Notes: a model not told the origin generated them from the letters alone. Shown: positions 28,536-37,226, counted from the stretch's first letter. The stretch: 64,000 nt of DNA from an uncultured Candidatus Saccharibacteria bacterium (GCA_965231155.1 OZ246418.1:238850-302849), one strand, 5' to 3'. Made by a program: numbers and translations.

Positions 28536-28886
28536 TTTCTCTTCTACATCCTCCGGGAAAGGGAGACGTTGGCCATGAAGCCTCGCCAAATCGTTGAATG
28601 CTTTTCGATCCGCAGCGGTCATCGGACTGTTGAGTCTGTAGATCGGAGCAATCTGGTTGATTTGGTCTTCCGTCATGCCCGTGGTGTCCACCTGAGGCAG
28701 TGGCCGAACTGGTGGCTCCATCCCAGTTACCACATCAAGCCCACGACCACAAACACAAGTGAATCGACCATGATCATCTTCTGGGAACATCTCTGCTCCG
28801 CAACCAGGACACCTTGGGTTTCCATTCTGTCTGACATATCTATCAGTTTCATCCCAATACGACATGACAACCTCCCTCGCTGTCAT
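28533..28886 (-). CDS. Small zinc-ribbon protein (hypothetical)
   Basis: 'CPGCGAEMFPEDDHGRFTCVCG' ribbon; the conserved leader favours start at MTAREV or the internal MSYWDE after the AGGGAGG Shine-Dalgarno. Confidence 0.45.
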   Translation of the reverse strand: MTAREVVMSYWDETDRYVRQNGNPRCPGCGAEMFPEDDHGRFTCVCGRGLDVVTGMEPPVRPLPQVDTTGMTEDQINQIAPIYRLNSPMTAADRKAFNDLARLHGQRLPFPEDVEEK

Positions 28887-29015
28887 CCTTATACACCAAC
28901 TAGAAACTCGGTTCAACTCCGGTCATCTCTCAGGCCGTTTCCTTCATTTCTGGGTAGGCGCGCAATAAAAAACCCTCACTAACAGAGGGTCTTTTACTTT
29001 TCCACAACGGGTATT
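28887..29015 (-). repeat. Repeated terminator + promoter/leader module, copy E
   Basis: See copy D; hairpin ccctc-actaaca-gaggg, core TTTTCCACAACGGGTATTTG. Confidence 0.7.
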
Positions 29016-29022
29016 TGGGTGA

Positions 29023-29265
29023 TTAATGCTCCTCTCGCCACTTTCGGCGTAAATCCATTAGGGATAATTCCTGGCTATCTATTTCTTTTTGCTGAATAAA
29101 CACTGGGGACCAATCATCATGACTAATACGATTTCCCTCTCCATCATAGGTAGTACTCCCCATTCTTTTTGTTTCTAAGCCCATAGCCCCAAAGCCCTTA
29201 GCATTACTGTTCATAAAAAAAACTTCTCCTTGCTGAGTTTCAGGATGCACAAATTCTTTTTCCAT
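29023..29265 (-). CDS. Hypothetical small protein
   Basis: 80-aa ORF between the 29315 terminator and module E. Confidence 0.35.
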   Translation of the reverse strand: MEKEFVHPETQQGEVFFMNSNAKGFGAMGLETKRMGSTTYDGEGNRISHDDWSPVFIQQKEIDSQELSLMDLRRKWREEH

Positions 29266-29314
29266 TCTTGTATTATATCATCGGTTCGACCTCTGGATAT
29301 CTCTTAAATAAAAA

Positions 29315-29345
29315 GGCCCCTAGTAAAATACTAGAGGCCCTACCT
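29315..29345 (-). terminator. Terminator
   Basis: gggcctctagtattttactaggggcc hairpin plus T-run on the minus strand. Confidence 0.5.
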
Positions 29346-29358
29346 AATCCCAGCCAGT

Positions 29359-29682
29359 TTACGAAAGAACCTTCACACCGGCTTGAGAAAATGCCTTGAT
29401 CTCCTCGAGGACGATCCGGCGTATCGTCTCGTCGTGAATAGTAATGTCTATCCACGGCTGACAAAGTCGTCCGCAAACGCCAGTCGTAGTGAGGAGTGGT
29501 TGTTTGCGCCAGAACCGTTTCCTCCTGGAAACGTGATGAAAGGTACTCGACATCACGCCGATACCGTCATCATTGTTCGTTTGGTGAATCACAAGGGGCT
29601 CACCGAACAAAGCTTGACTCCGGCTGCAAATCCTCGCCAACACTCCAGCAGTCAACGCATCAAAATCTTCGTTTTTAGACAT
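29359..29682 (-). CDS. Hypothetical protein (first gene downstream of ssrA)
   Basis: Start MSKNEDFD with an AAGGAG Shine-Dalgarno and TTGACT-17-TATAAA promoter; terminator after the stop. Confidence 0.45.
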   Translation of the reverse strand: MSKNEDFDALTAGVLARICSRSQALFGEPLVIHQTNNDDGIGVMSSTFHHVSRRKRFWRKQPLLTTTGVCGRLCQPWIDITIHDETIRRIVLEEIKAFSQAGVKVLS

Positions 29683-29858
29683 CCACATCTCCTTACTGAC
29701 TGTTTTATACACTTTTTAAAACATTTAGTCAATATAGCCTCTCCTTTTTAGATTTTCACAACTTCCTCCCACACTAAGTACCCGTTTATCCATCACCCTT
29801 TCCCGTCATCCTCCGCCCTGCAATAAAAAATAACCCAACACGTGGGTTATTTTTTATT

Positions 29859-30191
29859 GTGGAGATGGGCGGAGTCGAACCGCCGTCTAAAGATGAAGGT
29901 CGCGGACCTTCTACGAGTGTAGTCTAGTGAACTAGGCAAATCGATCCATATTTTTTAGTCCCGGAAGCATGAATCAAACTTTTCGGGACGAGCTTCCTTA
30001 TATAAGACCAGGACTAACCTAAGAAGCCCAGGCTAGCTGATCCTCCACCGAGCTAGGCTCGGCTTAGCTTACGCAAAAGCGAAAGCTGGAGCTGCAACGC
30101 GTTGGTTGGCAGTATTGTTTTTTGCCGGTTTAATGAGTCAGCGCTCAACTCGCCAGTTCGGACATCATCTCTATCGAAGCCGGTCATCCCC
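29859..30191 (-). ncRNA. ssrA: tmRNA (SsrA), standard one-piece
   Basis: 5' GGGGAUGACCGGCUUCGA...; 3' tRNA-Ala-like end GGCGGUUCGACUCCGCC-CAUCUCC-A with a G3:U70 pair; tag frame GCC AAC CAA CGC GUU GCA GCU CCA GCU UUC GCU UUU GCG UAA (ANQRVAAPAFAFA*). Confidence 0.85.
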
Positions 30192-30215
30192 ATATGCAAT
30201 TCTCAAAGGACTTTT

Positions 30216-30244
30216 ATAATACATTAATTATGGAGATGAGTCAA
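30216..30244 (-). promoter_or_regulatory. ssrA promoter TTGACT-17-TATTAT
   Basis: Consensus-like hexamers about 25 nt upstream of the mature tmRNA 5' end. Confidence 0.5.
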
Positions 30245-30355
30245 TTTCTTGGATAAATTAAGAAACTCACCTTTGGCAGATTACATAAAAATGTTTATCA
30301 TGAGGACAAAGCTCGACAAACAAAAATGTTTATAAATGTTTCACGATAAACACAC

Positions 30356-31087
30356 ATGACTACACCAGAATTAATTATCTATTTAGAAAGGTGCCAGGAG
30401 TTGGGCATAAGAAAAGAACAGACAATCAGTGCACTGCTCGCTGCTGGTTGGAAACTGCCTCATATTCAAGAGGGGTTCAAAATTATTGAAGCACGTGCCT
30501 TGCCCATGAAGAAGCCGAAAATTGTCTTCCCGACTATGCAGTTATCTCTGTCTTTACTCGGTCTCCTCGTTTTAGGGACAAGTAGCGTGGCACTCTTTTC
30601 AAATTATACGGGGCAAAACGCTAATCACGCAGAGAACCTTCAGGCAAATATTCTCGACGTCCAGACTCCCGAGGAGAAAGAAGCGACCACCATCCAGGAA
30701 CAGATCAACCGAGTTAGTCGTATTACCGATGGGCTTCAGGCCTACAAGGAACTCACCGGAAGCTACCCCTTCAAACTTGATGTCCTTCGAAAAACCGGAC
30801 AAGAAATTCTCGCCTCCTCGACTCAGACTAGCACTAGTACCACAACCCATGATCAGGCCTATCTTCTTGGACTTTATGGCACGAAACCTCTCTATGAAGG
30901 GGACTTCAACGATCTCTTCACAAACTCTCCGTTTGTCTACAGCGCAACGAGTGACGACTACGCCCTTTCTTACGTACTCCAGTGGAATACCCCTCAAGCA
31001 CCTACCATAGAAACTCAGTTCTCTAACGGCTGGAACATCGCCAACAAAGATTCTCTGTCAGTTCCAGAACAGCATGTCGCAGAGTAA
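30356..31087 (+). CDS. Hypothetical membrane-anchored protein
   Basis: Cytoplasmic helical N-domain, one TM, Thr/Ser-rich extracellular region. Confidence 0.45.
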   Translation: MTTPELIIYLERCQELGIRKEQTISALLAAGWKLPHIQEGFKIIEARALPMKKPKIVFPTMQLSLSLLGLLVLGTSSVALFSNYTGQNANHAENLQANILDVQTPEEKEATTIQEQINRVSRITDGLQAYKELTGSYPFKLDVLRKTGQEILASSTQTSTSTTTHDQAYLLGLYGTKPLYEGDFNDLFTNSPFVYSATSDDYALSYVLQWNTPQAPTIETQFSNGWNIANKDSLSVPEQHVAE

Positions 31088-31667
31088 GGAAGTTCTCCTT
31101 AAGGCCCTCGAAGAAGACCTGCGCGCTAACTCTCTCCTGCCACTTCGCGAAGCAAATCTAGTGTTTGGCGAAGGCAGTGTTCACTGTGAGGTTATGTTTA
31201 TTGGCGAAGCACCGGGCGCCAACGAAGATCGCGAAGGTCGCCCCTTTATCGGTCGAGGCGGACAACTACTCCGCAAAAACATTCGCGCCATCGGTTGGAA
31301 GGAGGAAGATGTCTACATTACGAATATCGTGAAGCGTCGGCCACCGGATAATCGTGACCCACTACCCGAAGAAATTGCCGCCTATAAACCGTATCTGACT
31401 AAACAGATTGAAATTATCAATCCTCCGATTATTGTCACCCTCGGCCGATTTTCTATGAATTATTTTCTACCAGAAGCCAAGATCACACGCGATCAAGGAA
31501 AAGCGTTTCGCATTAGTAATCGTGTCATCGTCCCCTTTTTCCATCCAGCCGCGGCCCTTCGTGGCACCACCGTGATGAAACAGTTCGAAACAGGCTTCGT
31601 GCTTCTCCCCGCCCTTCTCAAAAAACTGAAAACGCTTTCTCCAAAGCCGGGCACATCCTCGAGCTAG
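31074..31667 (+). CDS. Uracil-DNA glycosylase, family 4
   Basis: 'GEAPGANEDREGRPFIGRGGQLL' and 'HPAAAL' family-4 UDG motifs. Confidence 0.8.
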   Translation: MSQSKEVLLKALEEDLRANSLLPLREANLVFGEGSVHCEVMFIGEAPGANEDREGRPFIGRGGQLLRKNIRAIGWKEEDVYITNIVKRRPPDNRDPLPEEIAAYKPYLTKQIEIINPPIIVTLGRFSMNYFLPEAKITRDQGKAFRISNRVIVPFFHPAAALRGTTVMKQFETGFVLLPALLKKLKTLSPKPGTSSS

Positions 31668-31703
31668 TTTCAATAAAAGAAGTGATATAATAGAAGGACA
31701 GAA

Positions 31704-32087
31704 ATGGAACCACTACAGCTTCCTCCTTCATCCTCCTTCTCTTATCTGAGCCACCGACTGTGGTATCGGATCAGAATCTTTTTCCATCATTGGTATGTCG
31801 ATGGTTCTTATTTTTTTGGTCATCTATGGATGACGATTTTTCTCGGCCTCGAACGGACTTTTGCACTGCGCATCACCCTCACCCATTTTTTTGAACCGCT
31901 CTACCAAGACTACTCTATTGTTGGTCAGATTATTGGACCAATCTTCCGACTCGGCAGAGTGATCACCGCCGGATTGTTATATCTGATACTCGCCATACTA
32001 TTCCTCGCCCTCTACCTCGCCTGGTTAGCTATTCCCGTCGTACTCCTTCTTCAGGCATTTATCGCTTTCCTTTCTCGACCTTCATAA
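31704..32087 (+). CDS. Small polytopic membrane protein
   Basis: 127 aa, three or four hydrophobic helices; stop abuts the clp-like gene. Confidence 0.4.
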   Translation: MEPLQLPPSSSFSYLSHRLWYRIRIFFHHWYVDGSYFFGHLWMTIFLGLERTFALRITLTHFFEPLYQDYSIVGQIIGPIFRLGRVITAGLLYLILAILFLALYLAWLAIPVVLLLQAFIAFLSRPS

Positions 32088-32089
32088 CG

Positions 32090-34576
32090 ATGACAAAGAC
32101 CACCGACTACACACTTTACTTCGACGATCCCCGACTGCGCATGAGCGCCGCGGGACGATTTCTGACTCGTGTTATCTCCGGAACTGGTTATCTCTTCTTC
32201 GCTGCCTTAACCGCCCTCCTTCTTATTAGCGATATCCTTGGTCTCCAGTTTGCGGGACTCTTTCTTCTTCTCTTCTGGGCTGATCTGCTTATTCACTACC
32301 GAGAAGCCGATGAGAACTTGTCTGAAATTAAAGATGAGAATGGATTAAATATTGGCTCCTTTCTTTCTCCCGCTGCGTTTCACGCGCTGGAACGGGCGGT
32401 GATGATTGGTGGTATGACACACCAGCATTTCACGATTGCCTTCCTTAAGGAACTTCTCCAGGACTCACAGGTTCGAGATATTCTCGCTCGCCTCGACATC
32501 GACCAAAACGCATTACGCGAAAAAATAGAGTCCTGGCTAGCTCAAAAAGTTGAACCAAATGATAATCCTTTCGAAATCACTGTCACTTCGCCAATGCTCT
32601 CTGATGCCTTTCACCGTGCACAGAGCAATTTCCATCGATCTATCCAGCCAGGCGATCTGGTGGCAGCGCTTTTTTCAGTAAAAGATCCCTTCATCGAGCG
32701 TCTTGCTCGTGCCTTTGCAATTACTCCAGAAGGATTAACGGAAGCAATCCTTCTCAGTCGCGCCACCGCGAAGACACACCCAACCCAAGAGAAAAGGTAT
32801 CAAGCAAAGCGTGGCATTATGAATCGTTCCTGGACGAGCCGACCGACTCCGACGCTCGACAAGTTTTCTCGAGACATCACTGAACTGGCCAGCGAAGGTT
32901 TATTAGGGGAACTCATTGGCCACCAACCAGAATACGAAGCAATGGTAAGAGCCCTGACTCGGGCTATTAATCCGAACGCTCTTTTGGTCGGCGAGGCAAG
33001 TATTGGTAAGGACACAATGGTAGAACATCTGGCTGCTGATATCATAAACGACCGCGTGCCAGAACCTTTAGCTGATCGTCGCGTCATCGAACTTCACCTC
33101 TCGGCTATCGTCTCTGATGTCTCGGCCGAGGAGCTTCAGGGACGCCTCCAGAAAATTGTTGAAGAAGCTTTAACCGCTGGCAATATTATTCTTTATATTC
33201 CCCGCCTTCACGATCTCCTCCACACCTCAGGCACGAGTCATCTCTCGGCGATCGATGCACTGGCACCAGTGTTTGAAAAAGAAGCGTTGCCAGTGATTGG
33301 TTCAACCCGCCCTCAGGAGTTCAAACAGTTCCTCGAACCCCGCGCCGATATTCTGGCCTATTTCGAAAAAGTCCAGGTAAACGAAGTCTCTCTCGAAGAG
33401 GCCTATCTTCTCCTCACTCGAGAAGCAAAATCACTCGAAGCCATAAGTGGGGTGACTATTAGCGTGGCCGCACTTAAAAAATCAGTGGTCGTGGCAAAGC
33501 AGTATTTGCATCACCGCCCACTACCTGGAAGCGCCTTAGAACTTCTCAAAGAGAGTGTGGAAAACGCTCACCGTGACCACAAGAGAATTCTTGATCCTGA
33601 GGATGTGGCAAAAACTGCCGAGAGCAAAGTGCACGTGCCAATTCATCGTCCGGAAAAAGAAGAGGCTGACGCCCTGCTTCACTTCGAAGACATTATTCAT
33701 CAGAAGTTTATTGATCAAGAAGAGGCGGTAAAATCAATTGCTGATGCGCTCCGGGAGTATCGCAGTGGCCTGACGCGCAAGAACGGACCAATTGCGTCAT
33801 TCCTTTTCGTCGGACCAACGGGCGTGGGAAAAACTGCACTTTCTAAATTAATCGCGGAGCTGCAGTTTGGTTCCAAAGATCTTCTCGTTCGATTCGATAT
33901 GAGTGAGTATCAGGATAAGAAAAGTTTTGAACGATTCATCGGTTCGGCTGATGGCACGATTCTCGGGGCCCTGACCGAAGCAATCCGCGAAAAACCACGC
34001 AGCGTGGTTCTGCTCGACGAATTTGAAAAAGCTTTTCCTGATATTCTCCATCTCTTCCTTCAAGTATTTGACGAAGGACACCTGACCGACGGACTCGGTC
34101 GGATGGTAAGTTTTGAGAATGCAGTCATTATCGCCACTTCCAATGCGCACTCTCGCGATATCGAGGAAGCCTTGAACGCCGGGCAGCCAATCACGCAAAT
34201 TGCCGAACACTTCAAACAAAAGTTGGTTGATGTTTTCGCGCCTGAACTTCTCAATCGCTTCTCAAAGATTATCGTCTTCAAGAGCTTATCAACTGACGAC
34301 ATCGTGAAAGTCACCAAACTTGAACTCGAAGATTTTGCGTCGATGCTGAAAGAAAAAGAATACACACTCGTGCTCGATGAAGCGGTAATCAAAAAAATTG
34401 CCACCCTTGGCTACGACTCGGCCTTCGGCGCGCGCCCACTCCGCCAGGTCATCGAAGAACATCTCCGGGCACCACTGGCCAAGGCCATGCTTCAGAAAAC
34501 ATTCGAACCAGGAGATACCATCGAAGCCTCCCTCCAAGGAGAGGAGGTGGTGTTCATCAAAAAAGCTCCGAAATAA
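32090..34576 (+). CDS. Membrane-anchored ClpA/ClpB/ClpC-family AAA+ ATPase (D1 Walker A degenerate, D2 intact)
   Basis: N-terminal TM helices, Clp_N-like repeats, D1 'GEASIGKD' (non-canonical P-loop), D2 'FVGPTGVGKT...LLDEFEKA', C-terminal ClpB_D2-small region. Confidence 0.75.
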   Translation: MTKTTDYTLYFDDPRLRMSAAGRFLTRVISGTGYLFFAALTALLLISDILGLQFAGLFLLLFWADLLIHYREADENLSEIKDENGLNIGSFLSPAAFHALERAVMIGGMTHQHFTIAFLKELLQDSQVRDILARLDIDQNALREKIESWLAQKVEPNDNPFEITVTSPMLSDAFHRAQSNFHRSIQPGDLVAALFSVKDPFIERLARAFAITPEGLTEAILLSRATAKTHPTQEKRYQAKRGIMNRSWTSRPTPTLDKFSRDITELASEGLLGELIGHQPEYEAMVRALTRAINPNALLVGEASIGKDTMVEHLAADIINDRVPEPLADRRVIELHLSAIVSDVSAEELQGRLQKIVEEALTAGNIILYIPRLHDLLHTSGTSHLSAIDALAPVFEKEALPVIGSTRPQEFKQFLEPRADILAYFEKVQVNEVSLEEAYLLLTREAKSLEAISGVTISVAALKKSVVVAKQYLHHRPLPGSALELLKESVENAHRDHKRILDPEDVAKTAESKVHVPIHRPEKEEADALLHFEDIIHQKFIDQEEAVKSIADALREYRSGLTRKNGPIASFLFVGPTGVGKTALSKLIAELQFGSKDLLVRFDMSEYQDKKSFERFIGSADGTILGALTEAIREKPRSVVLLDEFEKAFPDILHLFLQVFDEGHLTDGLGRMVSFENAVIIATSNAHSRDIEEALNAGQPITQIAEHFKQKLVDVFAPELLNRFSKIIVFKSLSTDDIVKVTKLELEDFASMLKEKEYTLVLDEAVIKKIATLGYDSAFGARPLRQVIEEHLRAPLAKAMLQKTFEPGDTIEASLQGEEVVFIKKAPK

Positions 34577-34673
34577 TTCGGAGCTTTTTTTTGACAAATA
34601 GAGGCTACTCTTTTATAAATCCCTTAGCCTTCTCTGTCATCGACAGAGAAAAACCGCAACGAAAGGGGTTCTC

Positions 34674-35021
34674 ATGAAACGGATTTTCTCGATTGGAGTT
34701 CTTCTCGGGTTGAGCATGTTCACTGGCCAGGCAGTCGCAGGAAGCGTTCTGGGCCCGCGAATTCTGGAGGAGAAATTCAATCCTCCGCGAACCGCACAGG
34801 TAGGCGTGCCCTACTCCTACGTCCTACCAGCCGAAGACCCGGAAGGAGAGGAGCTCACCTTCACTATCCTGTTCGATCCTCCCGACATGGGAATCGATCC
34901 CGCCACGGGAGAAATTTCGTGGTTGCCGAAACAGAGAGACAAGAGTTGCACGGTCACCGTCGAGGTGTCTGACAGGTTCAAACATCGCGCTGTTCGAACC
35001 TGGGGAATTATTCTCGAATGA
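34674..35021 (+). CDS. Small secreted protein with a putative Ig-like (cadherin/dystroglycan-type) domain
   Basis: Signal peptide; 'GVPYSYVLPAEDPEGEELTFTIL...PPDMGIDPATGEISWLP' fits the He_PIG pattern. Confidence 0.5.
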   Translation: MKRIFSIGVLLGLSMFTGQAVAGSVLGPRILEEKFNPPRTAQVGVPYSYVLPAEDPEGEELTFTILFDPPDMGIDPATGEISWLPKQRDKSCTVTVEVSDRFKHRAVRTWGIILE

Positions 35022-35098
35022 AGACCCCAGACCCCTCCTTAAGCCCTTAACCCAGGGCTTTTTTCTTTGGTTTTATCTTATCGGGCACATAGGGTACA

Positions 35099-35941
35099 AT
35101 GGGGGCATACCTTATTATGCTTCGCAATAATAACTCTCATACTAAGGGGGAGATTACCGTCAAAAAACAGGTGGTAGCCGGCTTTGTCATCTTCCGCCGA
35201 ACCGAAGACGGGATAAAATATCTCCTTCTTTATAAGCGTGGTGAGTACTGGAACTTCCCCAAGGGGCACTTCGAAGAGGGGGAGAAGAGTTTAGATACTG
35301 CTTTTCGTGAAGTCGAAGAAGAAACCGGTCTTAAGAAAGGTGATCTCCGTGTTCTCCCTGATTTTCGTGCCTATGAAAAATTCCACTTCTTCAGTGGAAC
35401 AGAAAAAATCTATGACACGGTTATTCTTTATCTCGCCGAAACCGAACAACCAAAGATTACCATTTCGCCACGAGAACACAGTGGTTATGCCTGGTTCCTT
35501 TATTCTGATGCTACAAAGATTCTCCGACGATATGCGGAAACGAGAAAGGTTTTAAAACAGGCACATGATTTCATCCGTGGAAAAAACAATCCGAAAACTG
35601 GACCACGTACCTCAGGGGAAAATCGTTCTCCCAGAACTTCTCAGAATGCACGACCAAATGTACACTATACACAAAGACCAGGACCACGATATGGCCAACA
35701 ACAAAAACAGTTTTTCCGAGAAGGTAATTCGAGTAGTCAGGGAAATACCCCGCGGCCACACACTCAGCTACCAAGAAGTGGCCAGACGAGCCGGTTCCCC
35801 ACGAGCCAGCCGAGCCGTCGGCAACATCCTCAATTCGTACGACGCCCACAGAATAACCATCCCTTGCCACCGAGTGGTACGCAAAGACGGGAGCCCGGGG
35901 GGTTACCGTTGGGGAGCAAACCAAAAACAAATCCTGCTTAA
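35099..35941 (+). CDS. NUDIX hydrolase (catalytic domain about 35099-35600; the low-complexity C-terminal tail of the ORF is doubtful)
   Basis: Nudix box 'GHFEEGEKSLDTAFREVEEETGL'; the tail overlaps the MGMT-like gene in another frame. Confidence 0.65.
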   Translation: MGAYLIMLRNNNSHTKGEITVKKQVVAGFVIFRRTEDGIKYLLLYKRGEYWNFPKGHFEEGEKSLDTAFREVEEETGLKKGDLRVLPDFRAYEKFHFFSGTEKIYDTVILYLAETEQPKITISPREHSGYAWFLYSDATKILRRYAETRKVLKQAHDFIRGKNNPKTGPRTSGENRSPRTSQNARPNVHYTQRPGPRYGQQQKQFFREGNSSSQGNTPRPHTQLPRSGQTSRFPTSQPSRRQHPQFVRRPQNNHPLPPSGTQRREPGGLPLGSKPKTNPA

Positions 35942-35972
35942 GAAAGAAGGTGTTCAGCTAGGCAAAAAATAA
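35691..35972 (+). CDS. MGMT/Ogt-family methylated-DNA-protein-cysteine methyltransferase DNA-binding domain protein
   Basis: 'PCHRVV' active-site motif and 'LSYQEVARRAGSPRASRAVGN' HTH region. Confidence 0.55.
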   Translation: MANNKNSFSEKVIRVVREIPRGHTLSYQEVARRAGSPRASRAVGNILNSYDAHRITIPCHRVVRKDGSPGGYRWGANQKQILLKKEGVQLGKK

Positions 35973-36029
35973 ATAATAAAAAAGACATTCTTTCCAGAAT
36001 GTCTTTTTTATTTTTGTTTTCTTAAGAAA

Positions 36030-36386
36030 CTACTTAGCCAGTAATCCAGACTTCTCGAGCACAATTTTGAAAACTTCTGGATGATCTTTGGCGAGCATGG
36101 CCAACGTCTTTCGGTCGAGCTTGATATCTTTCTTCTTCAAGCCTCCAATCAATTTACTGTAAGAGACACCGGCAGCCTTGGCAAACGCGCTGATGCGGAC
36201 ATTCCAAAGGGCACGGAAGTTACGCTTCTTCTCCTTGCGACCGCGGAACATACGCGACTCGGCGTGGAGTAAGGCTTCTTTGGCGGCTCGCTCCTTAGAC
36301 TTGCGACCCCACTTAAAACCTTTAGTCTTCTTTAAGACTTTGGCTCTTTTTCTATTGGCGGTAGTACCTCGTTTAACTCGTGGCAT
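36030..36386 (-). CDS. rplT: 50S ribosomal protein L20
   Basis: Full-length L20 signature. Confidence 0.95.
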   Translation of the reverse strand: MPRVKRGTTANRKRAKVLKKTKGFKWGRKSKERAAKEALLHAESRMFRGRKEKKRNFRALWNVRISAFAKAAGVSYSKLIGGLKKKDIKLDRKTLAMLAKDHPEVFKIVLEKSGLLAK

Positions 36387-36394
36387 AGTAGTTT

Positions 36395-36568
36395 CTAGTA
36401 GTTAAGTATTCGCTTCTTTGGATAGTTCAGCCCCTTACCCTTGGCCTTACTCTTGATCAACTTGGTTGATTTGCGAGTGCGATTGTGGCCAGCCGCCATC
36501 GGCCGACGAACAACCTTGCCATTCTTGGTAATTCTGATTCGCTTGCTTGAGCTTTTAGTTCTCGTCAT
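36395..36568 (-). CDS. rpmI: 50S ribosomal protein L35
   Basis: Hand translation MTRTKSSSKRIRITKNGKVVRRPMAAGHNRTRKSTKLIKSKAKGKGLNYPKKRILNY; below the ORF-track length cutoff. Confidence 0.8.
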   Translation of the reverse strand: MTRTKSSSKRIRITKNGKVVRRPMAAGHNRTRKSTKLIKSKAKGKGLNYPKKRILNY

Positions 36569-37078
36569 TTTTTAGTAGTTGCTACGATTGTCGTTCCAAA
36601 CCCATTGCCGTTGGCTTTGATATCACTAATAAACTTATACGGCAGTTCGATGAGCGCGAGATAGGCCTGCAATTTTTCTTTAGCCCAATCTCGATTTCCC
36701 TTTTCTCGTCCGCGAAGGCGCATACGAATTTCTACAGGATGACCTTCTTCCAAGAACTCAATCGTTCTCTTCAGCTTCACCTGCAGATCGTTCTGAGCCA
36801 TACGGACGCTAATCTGCACCTGCTTCAGACCTCCTCCTTTCTGACTCTGGCGCTCTTTCTTAGCTGCCTTCTCTCGCTCATAGCGATACTTATCAAAGCT
36901 AATGAGCTTGGCAACTGGTGGTACAGCGCTTGCAGATACCTCGATCAGGTCTAATCCCTGTTCCCGAGCCAGAGTTAAAGCCGCTTCTCGGCTCATTACC
37001 CCTAGGCTCTCCCCCTGACTACCAATAATGCGTAGTTCTGGGGCGGTTATTTGGTTGTTGATCCTGTTTGTATCGATG
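36565..37078 (-). CDS. infC: Translation initiation factor IF-3 (non-AUG start; exact 5' end uncertain)
   Basis: IF-3 N- and C-domains; the conserved N-terminus 'NRINNQITAPELRIIGSQGESLGV' continues upstream of the first ATG, implying an AUU/AUC/AUA start as in other bacteria. Confidence 0.85.
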
Positions 37079-37226
37079 GTAGGAAGGATGGCTATATCAA
37101 AAAGCGTATTGCTTTAGGATGCCATCTATTCTACAGAAAACGGGGAAAGAGTCAAATTTTAAGGAGAGGCCTCTCTGCTCAAAATTTCTGTTTGACACGC
37201 TCTTCACCATCCCCAATAATTCAAGC

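Noticed and set aside
22850-29020. Classical integron (intI + attC) interpretation of the cassette array
   Set aside because: No integrase gene in the window, and the repeats lack the attC R''/L''...L'/R' (RYYYAAC...GTTRRRY) architecture. Their visible content is a terminator hairpin plus a sigma70-like promoter.
35600-35941. C-terminal 110 aa of the NUDIX ORF as genuine protein
   Set aside because: Extreme low complexity (R/P/Q/S) in the alternate frame of an MGMT-like gene; probably read-through of a chance open frame or a frameshift.
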